Part shown: in pieces, positions 49,566 to 59,234 of the stretch
Numbering within the stretch: position 1 is the first letter of the stretch
How the letters are laid out: every line of letters begins with the position of its first letter
Assembly (NCBI GenBank): GCA_018238155.1
Contig: JABCTZ010000037.1
Span: 69,256-133,255, forward strand
Direction of reading: 5' to 3'
Source: Candidatus Heimdallarchaeota archaeon
GTDB lineage: Archaea > Asgardarchaeota > Heimdallarchaeia > JABLTI01
Length of the DNA stretch: 64,000 nt
Made by a program: the position numbers and the translations under genes
Notes under the pieces: model-generated
Databases searched by the model: none
Told to the model about the DNA's origin: nothing
Seen by the model: only the letters and a program-made list of their open reading frames with translations

Positions 49566-50585
49566 ATGGTCAATTGTCACTTGAGGTCTTCTCTATTGAA
49601 TTACACAATAAAAGATGTTGGTGAAAGAACTCTACTAAAGATGTTCGAAGAACTAATTGATGCGGGAGATTTACCTTATAATGATGATGCAGTTGCTTTT
49701 TCACTCTCTGAGAATCTATCTCTTGTGATAAATATTGATACCTTTGTTGCAAAAACAGATGCACCACCAGATATGACGCCATATCAAATGGGAGCAAAAA
49801 CTGCTACAATGGCTATAAGTGATTTAGGAGCAAAGGGAGTACAACCTCTATTCACAATCGCATCAGGTGCTTTCCCCTCAGATTTCAATGTTGAGAAAAC
49901 TGTTGAAATAATAAAAGGAATAAAAGAAACTTCAAACAATTATGGTGCTAAATATCTTGGTGGAGATACCAATGAAGCTGATGATATCATTTTATCAGTT
50001 GTAAGTGCTGGAACAGCAAATAAAGAGAAACTTATAAAACGAAATGGAGCACAGATTGGAGACATTTTACTCACTACAGGATATTTCGGATATACGGGTG
50101 CCGGATTCAAAGTGTTCTTAGAGCAATATGAGGTTAGAAAGACGCAATGTGAGAAATTCAAAGAAGCAATATACAACCCAAAAGCACGTTTGAAAGAAGG
50201 ATTACTACTGGCAGAATTCGGTAAAATTACTAGCTGTATTGATAGTAGTGATGGATTAGCTTGGTGCTTGACGGAAATTCTTCGAAGAAAAGAAGGGTAT
50301 GGGATAACAATTGAAAAAATGCCAATTGATGCAACTATATTAGAATTTGCAAAAGAAAGAAATCTTAATGCATATGATTTGGCTTTGTATTCGGGTGAAG
50401 AGTTTGAATTAGTTTTTACAGTCAACCCAAAAGATTTAGCAGATCTTACTTCCTTTATGAAGAAAAATGGAGCTAAGATATTTCCTATTGGTAAAATAAT
50501 TGAAAGTTCAACAAATAAAATACAACTTGAAACAGAAAGTGAAATAATAGACATTCAACCAAAAGGTTGGGAGCATTTCAAGTAA
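49566..50585 (+). CDS. thiL: thiamine-monophosphate kinase
   Basis: GERTLL, NDDAV, ISDLGAKG, GGDTN, CIDSSDGL, GEEFELVFT, GWEHF. Confidence 0.93.
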   Translation: MVNCHLRSSLLNYTIKDVGERTLLKMFEELIDAGDLPYNDDAVAFSLSENLSLVINIDTFVAKTDAPPDMTPYQMGAKTATMAISDLGAKGVQPLFTIASGAFPSDFNVEKTVEIIKGIKETSNNYGAKYLGGDTNEADDIILSVVSAGTANKEKLIKRNGAQIGDILLTTGYFGYTGAGFKVFLEQYEVRKTQCEKFKEAIYNPKARLKEGLLLAEFGKITSCIDSSDGLAWCLTEILRRKEGYGITIEKMPIDATILEFAKERNLNAYDLALYSGEEFELVFTVNPKDLADLTSFMKKNGAKIFPIGKIIESSTNKIQLETESEIIDIQPKGWEHFK

Positions 50586-50621
50586 AGATAATAGAAAATT
50601 AGATAAAGCAAATCTCTGTGT

Positions 50622-51953
50622 TTGAAAAATATGATAGAAGTTGCCAAAAAGATTTTGACCGAACAATTTCTTTGTACACATTGCTTAGGAAGGCAATTCG
50701 CTTTGCTTGGCTATGGGTTATCTGATAAAGAAAGAGGAGAGATAATTCAGAATGCTCTGGTCATGGAATATTACGAACATATTAGTACTGATGAAGAAAT
50801 ATCACAGATGATAAAAAATATCTCAAAGTGTAATAATGAAGTGGCAACAAGATCCTTTTACAAAGCAACCAAAGAAAAAGTGGAACAAGATAAAATTACT
50901 TGTGAATTGTGTGACGGATTATTCGATAAACTCTCAGATTTTGTATTAGAGATAAAGCAACTATTACTCAAAGAAGATTATCAGAGTTTTCTTATCGGAG
51001 CGATATTTCCTGTTAAGCTGATTGAAAGAGAAGATAATTTTAGAGCTAAATACAGTATTACTACAAGTGAAACAATGAAAGAGGAGTTTACTCGAGAGAT
51101 AGGCAAAAGCTTGAGTAATGAAACAGGAAAGGCTCCAAGTTTCGATTTACCGGACATGACCATTATCATTGATTTGCAATCCAATAAAATCAAACTTGAA
51201 AAAAGATCACTCTATATTTACGGAAGATATCGAAAATATATTCGAACTATCCCACAAACAAGATGGCCTTGTTGGGAGTGTGACAGTAAAGGTTGTAAGA
51301 AATGTAATTTTACTGGAAAAATGTATCAAGAAAGTGTTGAAGAATTAATTGCAAACCCAGTTATCAAAATTACCGGTGGAACAGGTTCCAAATTCCATGG
51401 AGCAGGTAGAGAAGACATTGATGCATTAATGTTAGGAAATGGCAGACCATTTGTTCTTGAAATTCAAGACCCCAATATTAGATCTGTAAATCTAAAAAGA
51501 ATTAAAAAAATAGTTAACAGAAAGGCGAAAGGAAAAGTAAAAGTAGGTCAATTAGCAATTACTTCTAAAAAGAAATTACAACATATAAAAAACTCCTCAA
51601 CAAAGACCAAAAAAACATATCGAGCTAAAATTTCACTTGAAGATGAGATTTCTTCAGAGCTAATTCTAAAAATCATTCAAGAATTACATGGTGTTGTAAT
51701 TAAGCAAAAAACACCACAAAGAGTTATGCATCGAAGAGCAAATCTTGAACGACCCAGAACTGTTTATGATATTAAGGTTAAAAAAACAGGAGAAAAAGAA
51801 ATTGAAGCCGAGATTACTGGACAAGGAGGATTATATATTAAGGAATTAATTTCAGGTGATGATGGTAGAACTCTTCCTAGCTTTAGTAGTATTATTGGTT
51901 TTAAAGCTAAATGCTATCAGTTAGATGTAATAAGATTACACTACGAATATTAA
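50622..51953 (+). CDS. pus10: tRNA pseudouridine(54/55) synthase Pus10
   Basis: CTHCLGRQFA, GRYRKYIRTIPQTRW, HGAGREDIDALMLGNGRPF, GLYIKELISGD. Confidence 0.95.
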   Translation: MKNMIEVAKKILTEQFLCTHCLGRQFALLGYGLSDKERGEIIQNALVMEYYEHISTDEEISQMIKNISKCNNEVATRSFYKATKEKVEQDKITCELCDGLFDKLSDFVLEIKQLLLKEDYQSFLIGAIFPVKLIEREDNFRAKYSITTSETMKEEFTREIGKSLSNETGKAPSFDLPDMTIIIDLQSNKIKLEKRSLYIYGRYRKYIRTIPQTRWPCWECDSKGCKKCNFTGKMYQESVEELIANPVIKITGGTGSKFHGAGREDIDALMLGNGRPFVLEIQDPNIRSVNLKRIKKIVNRKAKGKVKVGQLAITSKKKLQHIKNSSTKTKKTYRAKISLEDEISSELILKIIQELHGVVIKQKTPQRVMHRRANLERPRTVYDIKVKKTGEKEIEAEITGQGGLYIKELISGDDGRTLPSFSSIIGFKAKCYQLDVIRLHYEY

Positions 51954-51963
51954 AATGGTCTTG

Positions 51964-52527
51964 CTAAGACAACCATTCACTCATAAGGCTAGAATATAAT
52001 TCATCCTTAACCTTAACTTCTTCATATTTTTCCGTCCGTTCTGAGATTTCTCTTGCTAACAAATGGTAACACGAGGGAACATCTCTGCGATAAAGAGCAT
52101 TAAATAAAAAATCCTTACACGAACAATATGTGTGCTCAATTACAAGATAATCTTTTTCTTTTCCACCGGTTACAACCCATCGGATTACTCCAGATGGTAT
52201 GAAGGTGTATTTATGGATTTTTTTTTCGCCAACTAATTCCAAGGCTTTTTTTACTCTATCACCAAAGATAGATTCCAGTTGCTCTATATCCTCTAAACTC
52301 AATCGGCTATCTTTTTTTAATTGTAAAACTATTTCTGGAAATACCTCAAAAACCTTTAATTTTTTAATGCTCTTGGGTGATTTTCCTTTGATATTTTGAT
52401 ATTTTGACAATTTTTGGATAACTCCTTGTAAATCTGTTTCAATTGAAGTTCTTAAACTAATCGCCAGAGTTTCTTTCTTTCTTCTGGCAAAGAATTGCTT
52501 CTTCAATGCTAATAAGACCACAAGCAA
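51964..52527 (-). CDS. SWIM zinc-finger protein (true start probably near 52467)
   Basis: YCSCKDF...CYHLLA. Confidence 0.8.
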   Translation of the reverse strand: MLVVLLALKKQFFARRKKETLAISLRTSIETDLQGVIQKLSKYQNIKGKSPKSIKKLKVFEVFPEIVLQLKKDSRLSLEDIEQLESIFGDRVKKALELVGEKKIHKYTFIPSGVIRWVVTGGKEKDYLVIEHTYCSCKDFLFNALYRRDVPSCYHLLAREISERTEKYEEVKVKDELYSSLMSEWLS

Positions 52528-53296
52528 CTTTTGTTGCTAACTCTTTTGTAATAGTTACATCACCTTTGGAATATTGTCTTGATAGTACTTGAATTTCTTT
52601 CAATTCACCATCAGATACTTCCAATTTTTCAATGCACTGTACACTTTCTCCATAACGAAAAGCTATTTCCATAGCTGCTGTTGCATCCTTCCCTCCGCTG
52701 ATATCAATACCCAATCTAGTGCCATTTTTCAAAGCTGTTTTTGCTGTTTCGTTATTCATTGGTGTGGTTTCTAATTCATCGACAACTTCAAGATCAACAT
52801 CATTTGGTTTAGCATTTAACAACTCATTCATTAATAAAATTCTACGATAGCCACCTGTAGAACCCAATCGAATTAAAGCCATTTTTGCAGGTGTGTTCTT
52901 AATTGAAGTAATTACATAATTTACTGCTTCTTTTATAACTCTAGTTTCTAAGGTCGCACGTAAACAACCATCAGCTATTACTGCCACTCCAATAGTCAAT
53001 CCGGGATCTACACCCACGATTACAGATTGCCAAATATGTTTGCCTTCTAACCCTAAAGTAATTTTTGATATTGCCAAATTAATATTGCCTGTTTCTACCA
53101 TACTTAGAACTATTTTTTGAGGATAATTTGTTGCTTTGATTTTTTCTTCCATTTCAGTTGTTACTACGATGATTGAACCCTTAGAGGGTCTGTCACTTGG
53201 AGAAATATGTTCAACTAAAAAACCACCCTTTTTCAATCGCTCGCTAAGTAAATGACATAACCGAAAATCCATAGTTGCAAGAGAAATTAACAACAT
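52457..53296 (-). CDS. RNase H-fold (YqgF-like) nuclease-domain protein
   Basis: IVGVDPGLTIGVAV, VVDELETT, KDATAAMEIA. Confidence 0.7.
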   Translation of the reverse strand: MLLISLATMDFRLCHLLSERLKKGGFLVEHISPSDRPSKGSIIVVTTEMEEKIKATNYPQKIVLSMVETGNINLAISKITLGLEGKHIWQSVIVGVDPGLTIGVAVIADGCLRATLETRVIKEAVNYVITSIKNTPAKMALIRLGSTGGYRRILLMNELLNAKPNDVDLEVVDELETTPMNNETAKTALKNGTRLGIDISGGKDATAAMEIAFRYGESVQCIEKLEVSDGELKEIQVLSRQYSKGDVTITKELATKVACGLISIEEAILCQKKERNSGD

Positions 53297-53464
53297 AGCA
53301 CCTTCAATGAACTCTTAATCATTTTAGAGTGATTATTGATATTAAAGATTATTTCTTTTTTGAAAAAAAAACATTAAATAGATGATACTGAAAGAATATT
53401 TAAAGAAGAACATTTTGATATTAAAAAGAAATATTTTATGGATAAAAGAAAACGTGGAATTGAA

Positions 53465-54145
53465 ATGGCAAAAATTACATATCCTCTTCTATTGGTAAAC
53501 TTCAAAACATATAGTGAAGCAACTGGAAAGAAAGCTCTTGAGTTAGCAAAAATTTGTGAAAAAGTAATGAAAGAAACTAGTGTTTGTGTTGCTGCTGCTG
53601 TGCAAGCAACAGATATTCGAATGATAGCTTCTGAAGTAGAAATTCCTGTTTTCGCTCAACATATTGACCCAATCAAACCGGGCAGCAACACAGGGCAAAC
53701 AATGATTGAGACGGTGAAAGAAGCAGGAGCAGTTGGAACACTAATCAATCATAGTGAAAGGAGAATTAAACTTTCGAGTATTGATGAAATTTTAACACTC
53801 ACGAAAACGCATGATCTTTTCTCATGTGTCTGTGCTAGTACACCACGAATTGCAGGTGCTGTTGCAGCATTAGAGCCCAATTGTTGTGCAACAGAGCCCC
53901 CAGAGTTAATTGGTTCAGGAATATCTGTAAGCACTGCTCAACCTGAGATTATTACTGAAACAGTTAATATAATAGCAAAAATCAATCCATCAGTTGTTTC
54001 GCTTTGTGGAGCAGGTATAACTAACAGTCAAGATGTTAAAATTGCCCTTGAATTAGGAACAAAAGGAATACTTATTGCATCAGGGGTAGTTAAAGCTGCT
54101 AACCCAGAGAAAGTACTTATGGAAATGGCTTTGATTACAAAATAA
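53465..54145 (+). CDS. tpiA: triosephosphate isomerase (archaeal type)
   Basis: VNFKTY, AQHID, INHSERR, EPPELIG, LCGAGI, ASGVVKA. Confidence 0.96.
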   Translation: MAKITYPLLLVNFKTYSEATGKKALELAKICEKVMKETSVCVAAAVQATDIRMIASEVEIPVFAQHIDPIKPGSNTGQTMIETVKEAGAVGTLINHSERRIKLSSIDEILTLTKTHDLFSCVCASTPRIAGAVAALEPNCCATEPPELIGSGISVSTAQPEIITETVNIIAKINPSVVSLCGAGITNSQDVKIALELGTKGILIASGVVKAANPEKVLMEMALITK

Positions 54146-54319
54146 AGAAGATATCAGAAAAAATTACTAGAGAAACAAATCTTTAGAAAAAATTTCTGTA
54201 ACAATAATATTTAATAAGTTAGAAAAAAACAAGAATAATAACTCAAAGAGAATGTAACTAATAGATAACAATCGAAGTTATTTACCTTCTCTCAGAGAAT
54301 AGTAATTGAGGTTCAAGCA

Positions 54320-54850
54320 GTGCCAGAAGAAATTAAATTTCAGGTTCCAGTTAAAGTTGCTGATTTCATTGATAAATTAACTAAAGATGGTTATTTTAAT
54401 TCTAGGGAAGATTTTGTTCGATGTTCTGTTGATATTCTTACTCAGCTTTATGGTCTTTCAAAGACATCAAAAGGGGGTAAATCATTATTAGATGTTTTAT
54501 CTGACAATAAACAAACAGAAGCAAAAACAACGAAAAAAGTCGAACCCACCAAGCAAACTACTACGACTAAAAAAGTTACTTCATTCACGCCAAAACCATT
54601 ACCAAAGAAAAAATCAACTGAAGCTCTAACACAGGAAGATTATGATGTGCTTGATTTATTTGCGGGAATGAAATTTGAATTTGAAGATGCTTTGCATGCA
54701 AGATTTACAATGGAATTAATGAAGCAAGCAAAAGCACCTATACCTAAAGAGCAATTTCTTAAGATATTAGCGAAACTCCAAGCAAAAGGCAATCTAGAAA
54801 AGAGCAATCATAATAACAAAATAGTTTGGAAGCTTATTGAAGGATATTAA
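54320..54850 (+). CDS. ribbon-helix-helix protein with T/K linker and C-terminal winged helix
   Basis: IKFQVP...FIDKLTKDGYFNSREDFVR (RHH) and KEQFLKILAKLQAKGNLEK...VWKL (wH-like). Confidence 0.75.
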   Translation: MPEEIKFQVPVKVADFIDKLTKDGYFNSREDFVRCSVDILTQLYGLSKTSKGGKSLLDVLSDNKQTEAKTTKKVEPTKQTTTTKKVTSFTPKPLPKKKSTEALTQEDYDVLDLFAGMKFEFEDALHARFTMELMKQAKAPIPKEQFLKILAKLQAKGNLEKSNHNNKIVWKLIEGY

Positions 54851-54915
54851 TTAAACAAATAGCTAGCTTTTTTTGTGAAACTAGCTCAACGTTCCTTTAT
54901 CTATTAGTGAGGGAG

Positions 54916-55356
54916 TCATTCTACTGATAAGACTTTAATATCTACCCCTGTTATTCCGTCAATGGTCATGATGTCTTCCTTTAATTTCTCAATATTAATT
55001 TTATCAAACTCTTCTGCATCAATGAAGCCATCAAATACACACTTATCTTCTAGAAAACACAAACCAGTAGAATAAAGCGCTTTTAAACCTAAACTCAAAA
55101 ATAAATTACCAATCCTCTTAAGAAAATCTGGCGTTAACTGTCCAATATCAATAGCTATTTTATACACCTTATCTGTCATGGTAGGAATTATACGAATAAT
55201 TTTAGTGTTTGGGGTTAGAATAACTGCAGCATAATTTCCTTCTTCTGGTTTAAGGGCATCAAGAAAATCAGCATTAAGTTGTAAAGCTTGTTCTGCTTCT
55301 AATTTAAACATACGAGCCATTGTTATTTGAGGAATTTCGACTTTTTTCTTGGTCAT
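54916..55356 (-). CDS. divergent AbrB-ACT-like protein
   Basis: IIRIIPT hinge as in 27975-28382. YSTGLCFLEDKCVFDGF. ACT-like C-terminus IDGITGVDI. Confidence 0.7.
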   Translation of the reverse strand: MTKKKVEIPQITMARMFKLEAEQALQLNADFLDALKPEEGNYAAVILTPNTKIIRIIPTMTDKVYKIAIDIGQLTPDFLKRIGNLFLSLGLKALYSTGLCFLEDKCVFDGFIDAEEFDKINIEKLKEDIMTIDGITGVDIKVLSVE

Positions 55357-55492
55357 TTATTTTTACCTCTGATTCTGAGTTAATTTTGAGAAATAAAAAT
55401 TATCAAAAATTATTGACATATTTATTTCTAGTTATGAATTAAAATTATAGTAATTAAATAATTCCTAAAAAAAATCATTTTTGTCGTTCTTT

Positions 55493-56476
55493 TCAAACAC
55501 TTAGAACAATTTTTGGTGCACTTGCTACTTTAAAGTGATAAAATGACCATTTTTTAGAAGCAAGTACAGAGGTTACTTTATTGGCATATTTTTTTAGTGT
55601 TACAATTGTTATCAAATTTCCACCACCAATGAGAAAATATGCTGGGATACCATCCTTCCTCATTTGATGAATATCATTACAAAGTTCCAACATCTCTGGT
55701 TTTCTTACAACCAACCCAATTTCCTCTAACAATTCATGTGCATTTCTAATGTTTTCTTCAGCTGACTCTAAAACAGTAAGAAAATCTTTGGTATCCAAAG
55801 CAGTCTTTATACGTTTAACCCAATTTGGAATGTTCAAGACACGCTTCTCAAAATTCTGGCTTGTAATTATTCCTGCATGTATTTCATCAGCAGTTATACG
55901 TGTATCAAAATTAAATGGAACTGAAAATAACTTGATTTCTTCCAATTCAGAATGAGAAGCTAGTTGTAAGACAGTTGGAGGTGAAGTATTAGCAAGTGTT
56001 AGAGTTAAACCTCCGAACAAACTTCGACCCGCACTTTCTGATCCGCGCATAGAGTACTTCAATAATTGCTCTTTACTATATTTTAAGTCTAAAATATCAT
56101 TTAGAGCAGTAAAAAGAGCAGCTAAGCCTGAATCTGAACTTCCGCTAAAAATATTATAATTGGTTGAATTGACTAAAAGATTTGCAGTAATATCACTATT
56201 CTGCATAAAGGATTTAATTGCTAACACAATTTGTTCTCCCCGCAATCCAGTTAGTTCTTTTCCCCCAAGCATAAATTTAACATAAGGTGTTTCCCTTTTC
56301 GAGGGAAGTTGATTATCAGGGATAATTTCAATGGAGGTTTCAGTGCGAGTTATTCCATCATGACTTGTCACCGCAAGACCCATTGTATCATAGATTGGTG
56401 TTCTATCAGAATTGATTCCACCGAGAAAAATGATTGGTATGGTGGGATAAGCTACAGCAATAGATTTTTTCTTCAT
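55493..56476 (-). CDS. mevalonate-3-kinase (Thermoplasma Ta1305-like, decarboxylase-homologous GHMP kinase)
   Basis: AYPTI..LGGI..RTP, SGSSDSG, SESAGRSLFGGLT, AYFLIGGGN (no catalytic Asp). AAGGTGA SD before ATG 56476. Confidence 0.8.
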   Translation of the reverse strand: MKKKSIAVAYPTIPIIFLGGINSDRTPIYDTMGLAVTSHDGITRTETSIEIIPDNQLPSKRETPYVKFMLGGKELTGLRGEQIVLAIKSFMQNSDITANLLVNSTNYNIFSGSSDSGLAALFTALNDILDLKYSKEQLLKYSMRGSESAGRSLFGGLTLTLANTSPPTVLQLASHSELEEIKLFSVPFNFDTRITADEIHAGIITSQNFEKRVLNIPNWVKRIKTALDTKDFLTVLESAEENIRNAHELLEEIGLVVRKPEMLELCNDIHQMRKDGIPAYFLIGGGNLITIVTLKKYANKVTSVLASKKWSFYHFKVASAPKIVLSV

Positions 56477-56508
56477 TTGTTTCACCTTGCAAAGAAATAA
56501 CTGAAAAT

Positions 56509-57396
56509 TCAATAACTTTTTCGCTCTAATTTCAACTTTTCAATATAATCAATTGAATTCTTGTTTTCTTTAATATTATTTATTTTTCTTATTCTCTCGA
56601 AAAGATAAGCATAGGTTTGATCAAGCCCTTGTTGGAAATCATCAATATCAATGATTTTTAGATTATATTTTTCCGCTACATCACATAGATAATTTTGAAG
56701 CAAAAGATATTTATCCATTTGCTCGAGTAAACGAGTACTTGAACTATGCAAATGTGAAAAAAGAGTTCTGGATTTCAATCTTTCTGAATACACTTCACGA
56801 TCCCTGATTCTTAGAATAATCGGGATAAAACTTGGATGTGCCAATATTTGCTTGTCAAATTGTGAGGGTAAGAAGTGAAGATACTCCACAAGTATACTTT
56901 CCCCATCTCGAATACCTCTATCAGCAATCATTCTTTGAACTGCTTGATTCATGATTTCAGATTGTTTTTTGTATCCTAGTATAAGATTTTGTTCGGTGTA
57001 ATCACCAAAATGCTTCCAAGAATTGTAAACACTGGTAAAGAATTCTTTATTCTCATTATATGATAAAATACTTCGAAAAGAAGAGCGAAGAGCATCTCCA
57101 CCTATTATTAGACCAATGTTTAATGCTGCTGAAATTTCTTTTGCCATAGATGTTTTTCCCACACCAGGTAGACCGGCAATAACCAAACAAAGGGGAAGTT
57201 TTTGAATTCCTTTTCGTACTTGAGTAGAATACTCTTTCATTACTAAGTAGCGTTGCAGATATTTTTCCCCACAATTTTGTAAAGCATTGAACAGGTCATC
57301 TTCAGTAGAAGAACTACAAATTATTTTACTTATTTGTTGTAAAGATAACCCTGTAGCTAATAATAATGAATCCTCATTTCGGAAAATCATAGACAA
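56509..57396 (-). CDS. mevalonate-3-phosphate 5-kinase (2-phosphoglycerate-kinase family, Ta0762-like)
   Basis: GLPGVGKTS, GDALR, TSVYNSWKHFGD...GYKKQ, RL..R...SHLHSSSTRL. Adjacent to the M3K-like gene. Confidence 0.78.
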   Translation of the reverse strand: MSMIFRNEDSLLLATGLSLQQISKIICSSSTEDDLFNALQNCGEKYLQRYLVMKEYSTQVRKGIQKLPLCLVIAGLPGVGKTSMAKEISAALNIGLIIGGDALRSSFRSILSYNENKEFFTSVYNSWKHFGDYTEQNLILGYKKQSEIMNQAVQRMIADRGIRDGESILVEYLHFLPSQFDKQILAHPSFIPIILRIRDREVYSERLKSRTLFSHLHSSSTRLLEQMDKYLLLQNYLCDVAEKYNLKIIDIDDFQQGLDQTYAYLFERIRKINNIKENKNSIDYIEKLKLERKSY

Positions 57397-57621
57397 ACCA
57401 ACTTTAACTAGTCACTTTACGGTACCTTTAGATAAATATATTTTACTTTTCGATGAATATTATTAAAATTATACTCAATTTAGGAAAAAAACCAATTTAA
57501 AAAGGAAATTTTTCTCTTCATATTTCGTTAGAAGAGCAATATTTTTAATTAGCTATTCTTGCAAATGATACATAGAATAAAAACTTTCTATAGATTAAAG
57601 AAAAATTAAGGAAGAAGTAAT

Positions 57622-58065
57622 TTGTCAGTAGTAGAAATAACTCAAGCAGAAATTAAAAAATTCCAATATATGGGACTTAACTTTGAACAAGTCCAAGCTC
57701 TATCCATGGATGAATTCATTAAGATGCTTCCATCAAGAAAGAGAAGGAGTCTTAGTCGTCAATCATACTGGACACCTAAAAGATTAAAGCTTATAGCTGA
57801 TATTCGAACCCAAGTGAAAGGTATCAAAGAAGGCAATAAAAGGGTAAAAACAGTGAAAACTCATTTGAGAGATATGGTTATTCTCCCAGAAATGGTAATG
57901 GCTAAAATAGGCATTCATAATGGAAAGGATTTCATTGAATTCCTTGTTAGACCGGATATGATCGGACATATTTTCGGTGAATTTGCTCCATCAACAAAGT
58001 TAGTAAGACATGGTTCTCCTGGAATGGGTTCAACCAAATCAAGTCTTTATATTCCATTAAAATAA
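57622..58065 (+). CDS. rps19: 30S ribosomal protein uS19 (S19P)
   Basis: LPSRKRRSL, KTHLRDMVILPEMV, HNGK, MIGH.FGEF, HGSPG.GST.SS.YIPLK. Confidence 0.96.
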   Translation: MSVVEITQAEIKKFQYMGLNFEQVQALSMDEFIKMLPSRKRRSLSRQSYWTPKRLKLIADIRTQVKGIKEGNKRVKTVKTHLRDMVILPEMVMAKIGIHNGKDFIEFLVRPDMIGHIFGEFAPSTKLVRHGSPGMGSTKSSLYIPLK

Positions 58066-58077
58066 TTCTTATTTGTT

Positions 58078-58115
58078 TTGGGTTAAATGGTTAATAACCC
58101 AATTCATCTTTTCTT
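58078..58115 (+). terminator. hairpin plus pyrimidine tract after rps19
   Basis: TTGGGTTA-9nt-TAACCCAA followed by TTCATCTTTTCTTTC. Confidence 0.45.
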
Positions 58116-58243
58116 TCATTTGAACGTATTTTTGACTTTAGTAGTCATTCCATTAACCTTTTAATTAAAAAGTGAAATAGCTCTAATTGGATTGTTTGAG
58201 TATCTGTCTCGAAATGCTTATTATCCTTAAAGGAGCAACAAAA

Positions 58244-58645
58244 ATGTCAAAATTTTCCTTATCAAATATTGGCAATAAAAGAGCAAAGAAAGGTTTAAGG
58301 AAACAGATAATAAGCATTTTTAGTATTATTGCAGATAAAATGGGACCACAAGTTGATTCTGTTGCTTCTCCATATGAGAGTGCTCCTATATTTAATGAAA
58401 GAGAAATTTCAATTTTATTCACTGCAGTAACAATGCTAGATATTCACGAGATGTTGATGGGAGAACTGAAATTAATTTTTGAGATAATGGATTATACTAT
58501 GTCTGATGGTCGCCCTTCAAAAAAGATTTTTGTTGTTGTTTGTGGGTGTGAAGCTGTAAGCAGCCAAGTAAGAACTATGGCCAGAAATTTAATACTTAGT
58601 TCAGATGTTGCGATAAAGAATCTTGAAAATATAATGGAAAGATAA
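58244..58645 (+). CDS. small protein with longin/uDENN-like N-terminal motif
   Basis: IISIFSIIADKMGPQV resembles the 'F..FD...GP' start of uDENN/longin domains. Confidence 0.5.
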   Translation: MSKFSLSNIGNKRAKKGLRKQIISIFSIIADKMGPQVDSVASPYESAPIFNEREISILFTAVTMLDIHEMLMGELKLIFEIMDYTMSDGRPSKKIFVVVCGCEAVSSQVRTMARNLILSSDVAIKNLENIMER

Positions 58646-58772
58646 GAAAACGATGCAAAAAATGCTTTTTATTGTTTTATAAACACAAGAATATTCATTT
58701 TCAACAAAAAGATTTTGGTCTATCATTGTAAGATTTCTTGCGAGTCTACTGGACATTGGCTGTTAAGCATAT

Positions 58773-59220
58773 TCAAGAGCTGTTTATCGCAAAAAACAAC
58801 TTTCGAAAATCCATCAAAAGTTGTTGCCCGATCAAAGGGCGTTCTTGTGATAGGGAAAGAATTGCTAAGAATCTCTGCATAATATTTACAGATACATTGA
58901 TATCTCGGTCAATGGTTAATCCGCAGTTCTCACATTTAATAGTTCGTTCATATAACTTCCTTTGTTCTTTCTTCCCACAATAACAGCATCTCTTTGTCGT
59001 TCTTCTTTCACTGATTCTTATTACCTTCTTACCTACTCTTTCTGCTTTGTAGATTAAGAATTGAGCAAATCGACCAATAACACCACTATTGTGTACGCTT
59101 CGGTGAAGACTCTTTTTATTCTTCTTTTCACCTTTTCTCTTTTTACTCATATCTTTTGCATTCAAACGCCAATAATAATTGTATTTGCCTGGTATTCTCA
59201 ACTATTTTTTTGCTAATGAG
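58773..59220 (-). mobile_element. tnpB: IS200/IS605-family TnpB remnant (5'-truncated, frameshifted)
   Basis: ISKKIVENTR / NTIIIG / LNAKDM recovered across two -1 indels, then FLIYKAE, SERRTTKRCCYCG, CENCGLTIDRDINVSVNI (Zn ribbon plus RuvC III). Confidence 0.88.
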
Positions 59221-59234
59221 AAAAAACTAATTTC

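Noticed and set aside
49940-50554. 204-aa antisense ORF and the many other 60-150 aa antisense ORFs in the track
   Set aside because: They lie opposite confidently identified genes (here thiL) and reflect codon bias.
58773-59220. Active TnpB/Cas12-like nuclease
   Set aside because: It lacks the N-terminal two thirds including RuvC-I and has frameshifts. No tnpA or CRISPR array is nearby.
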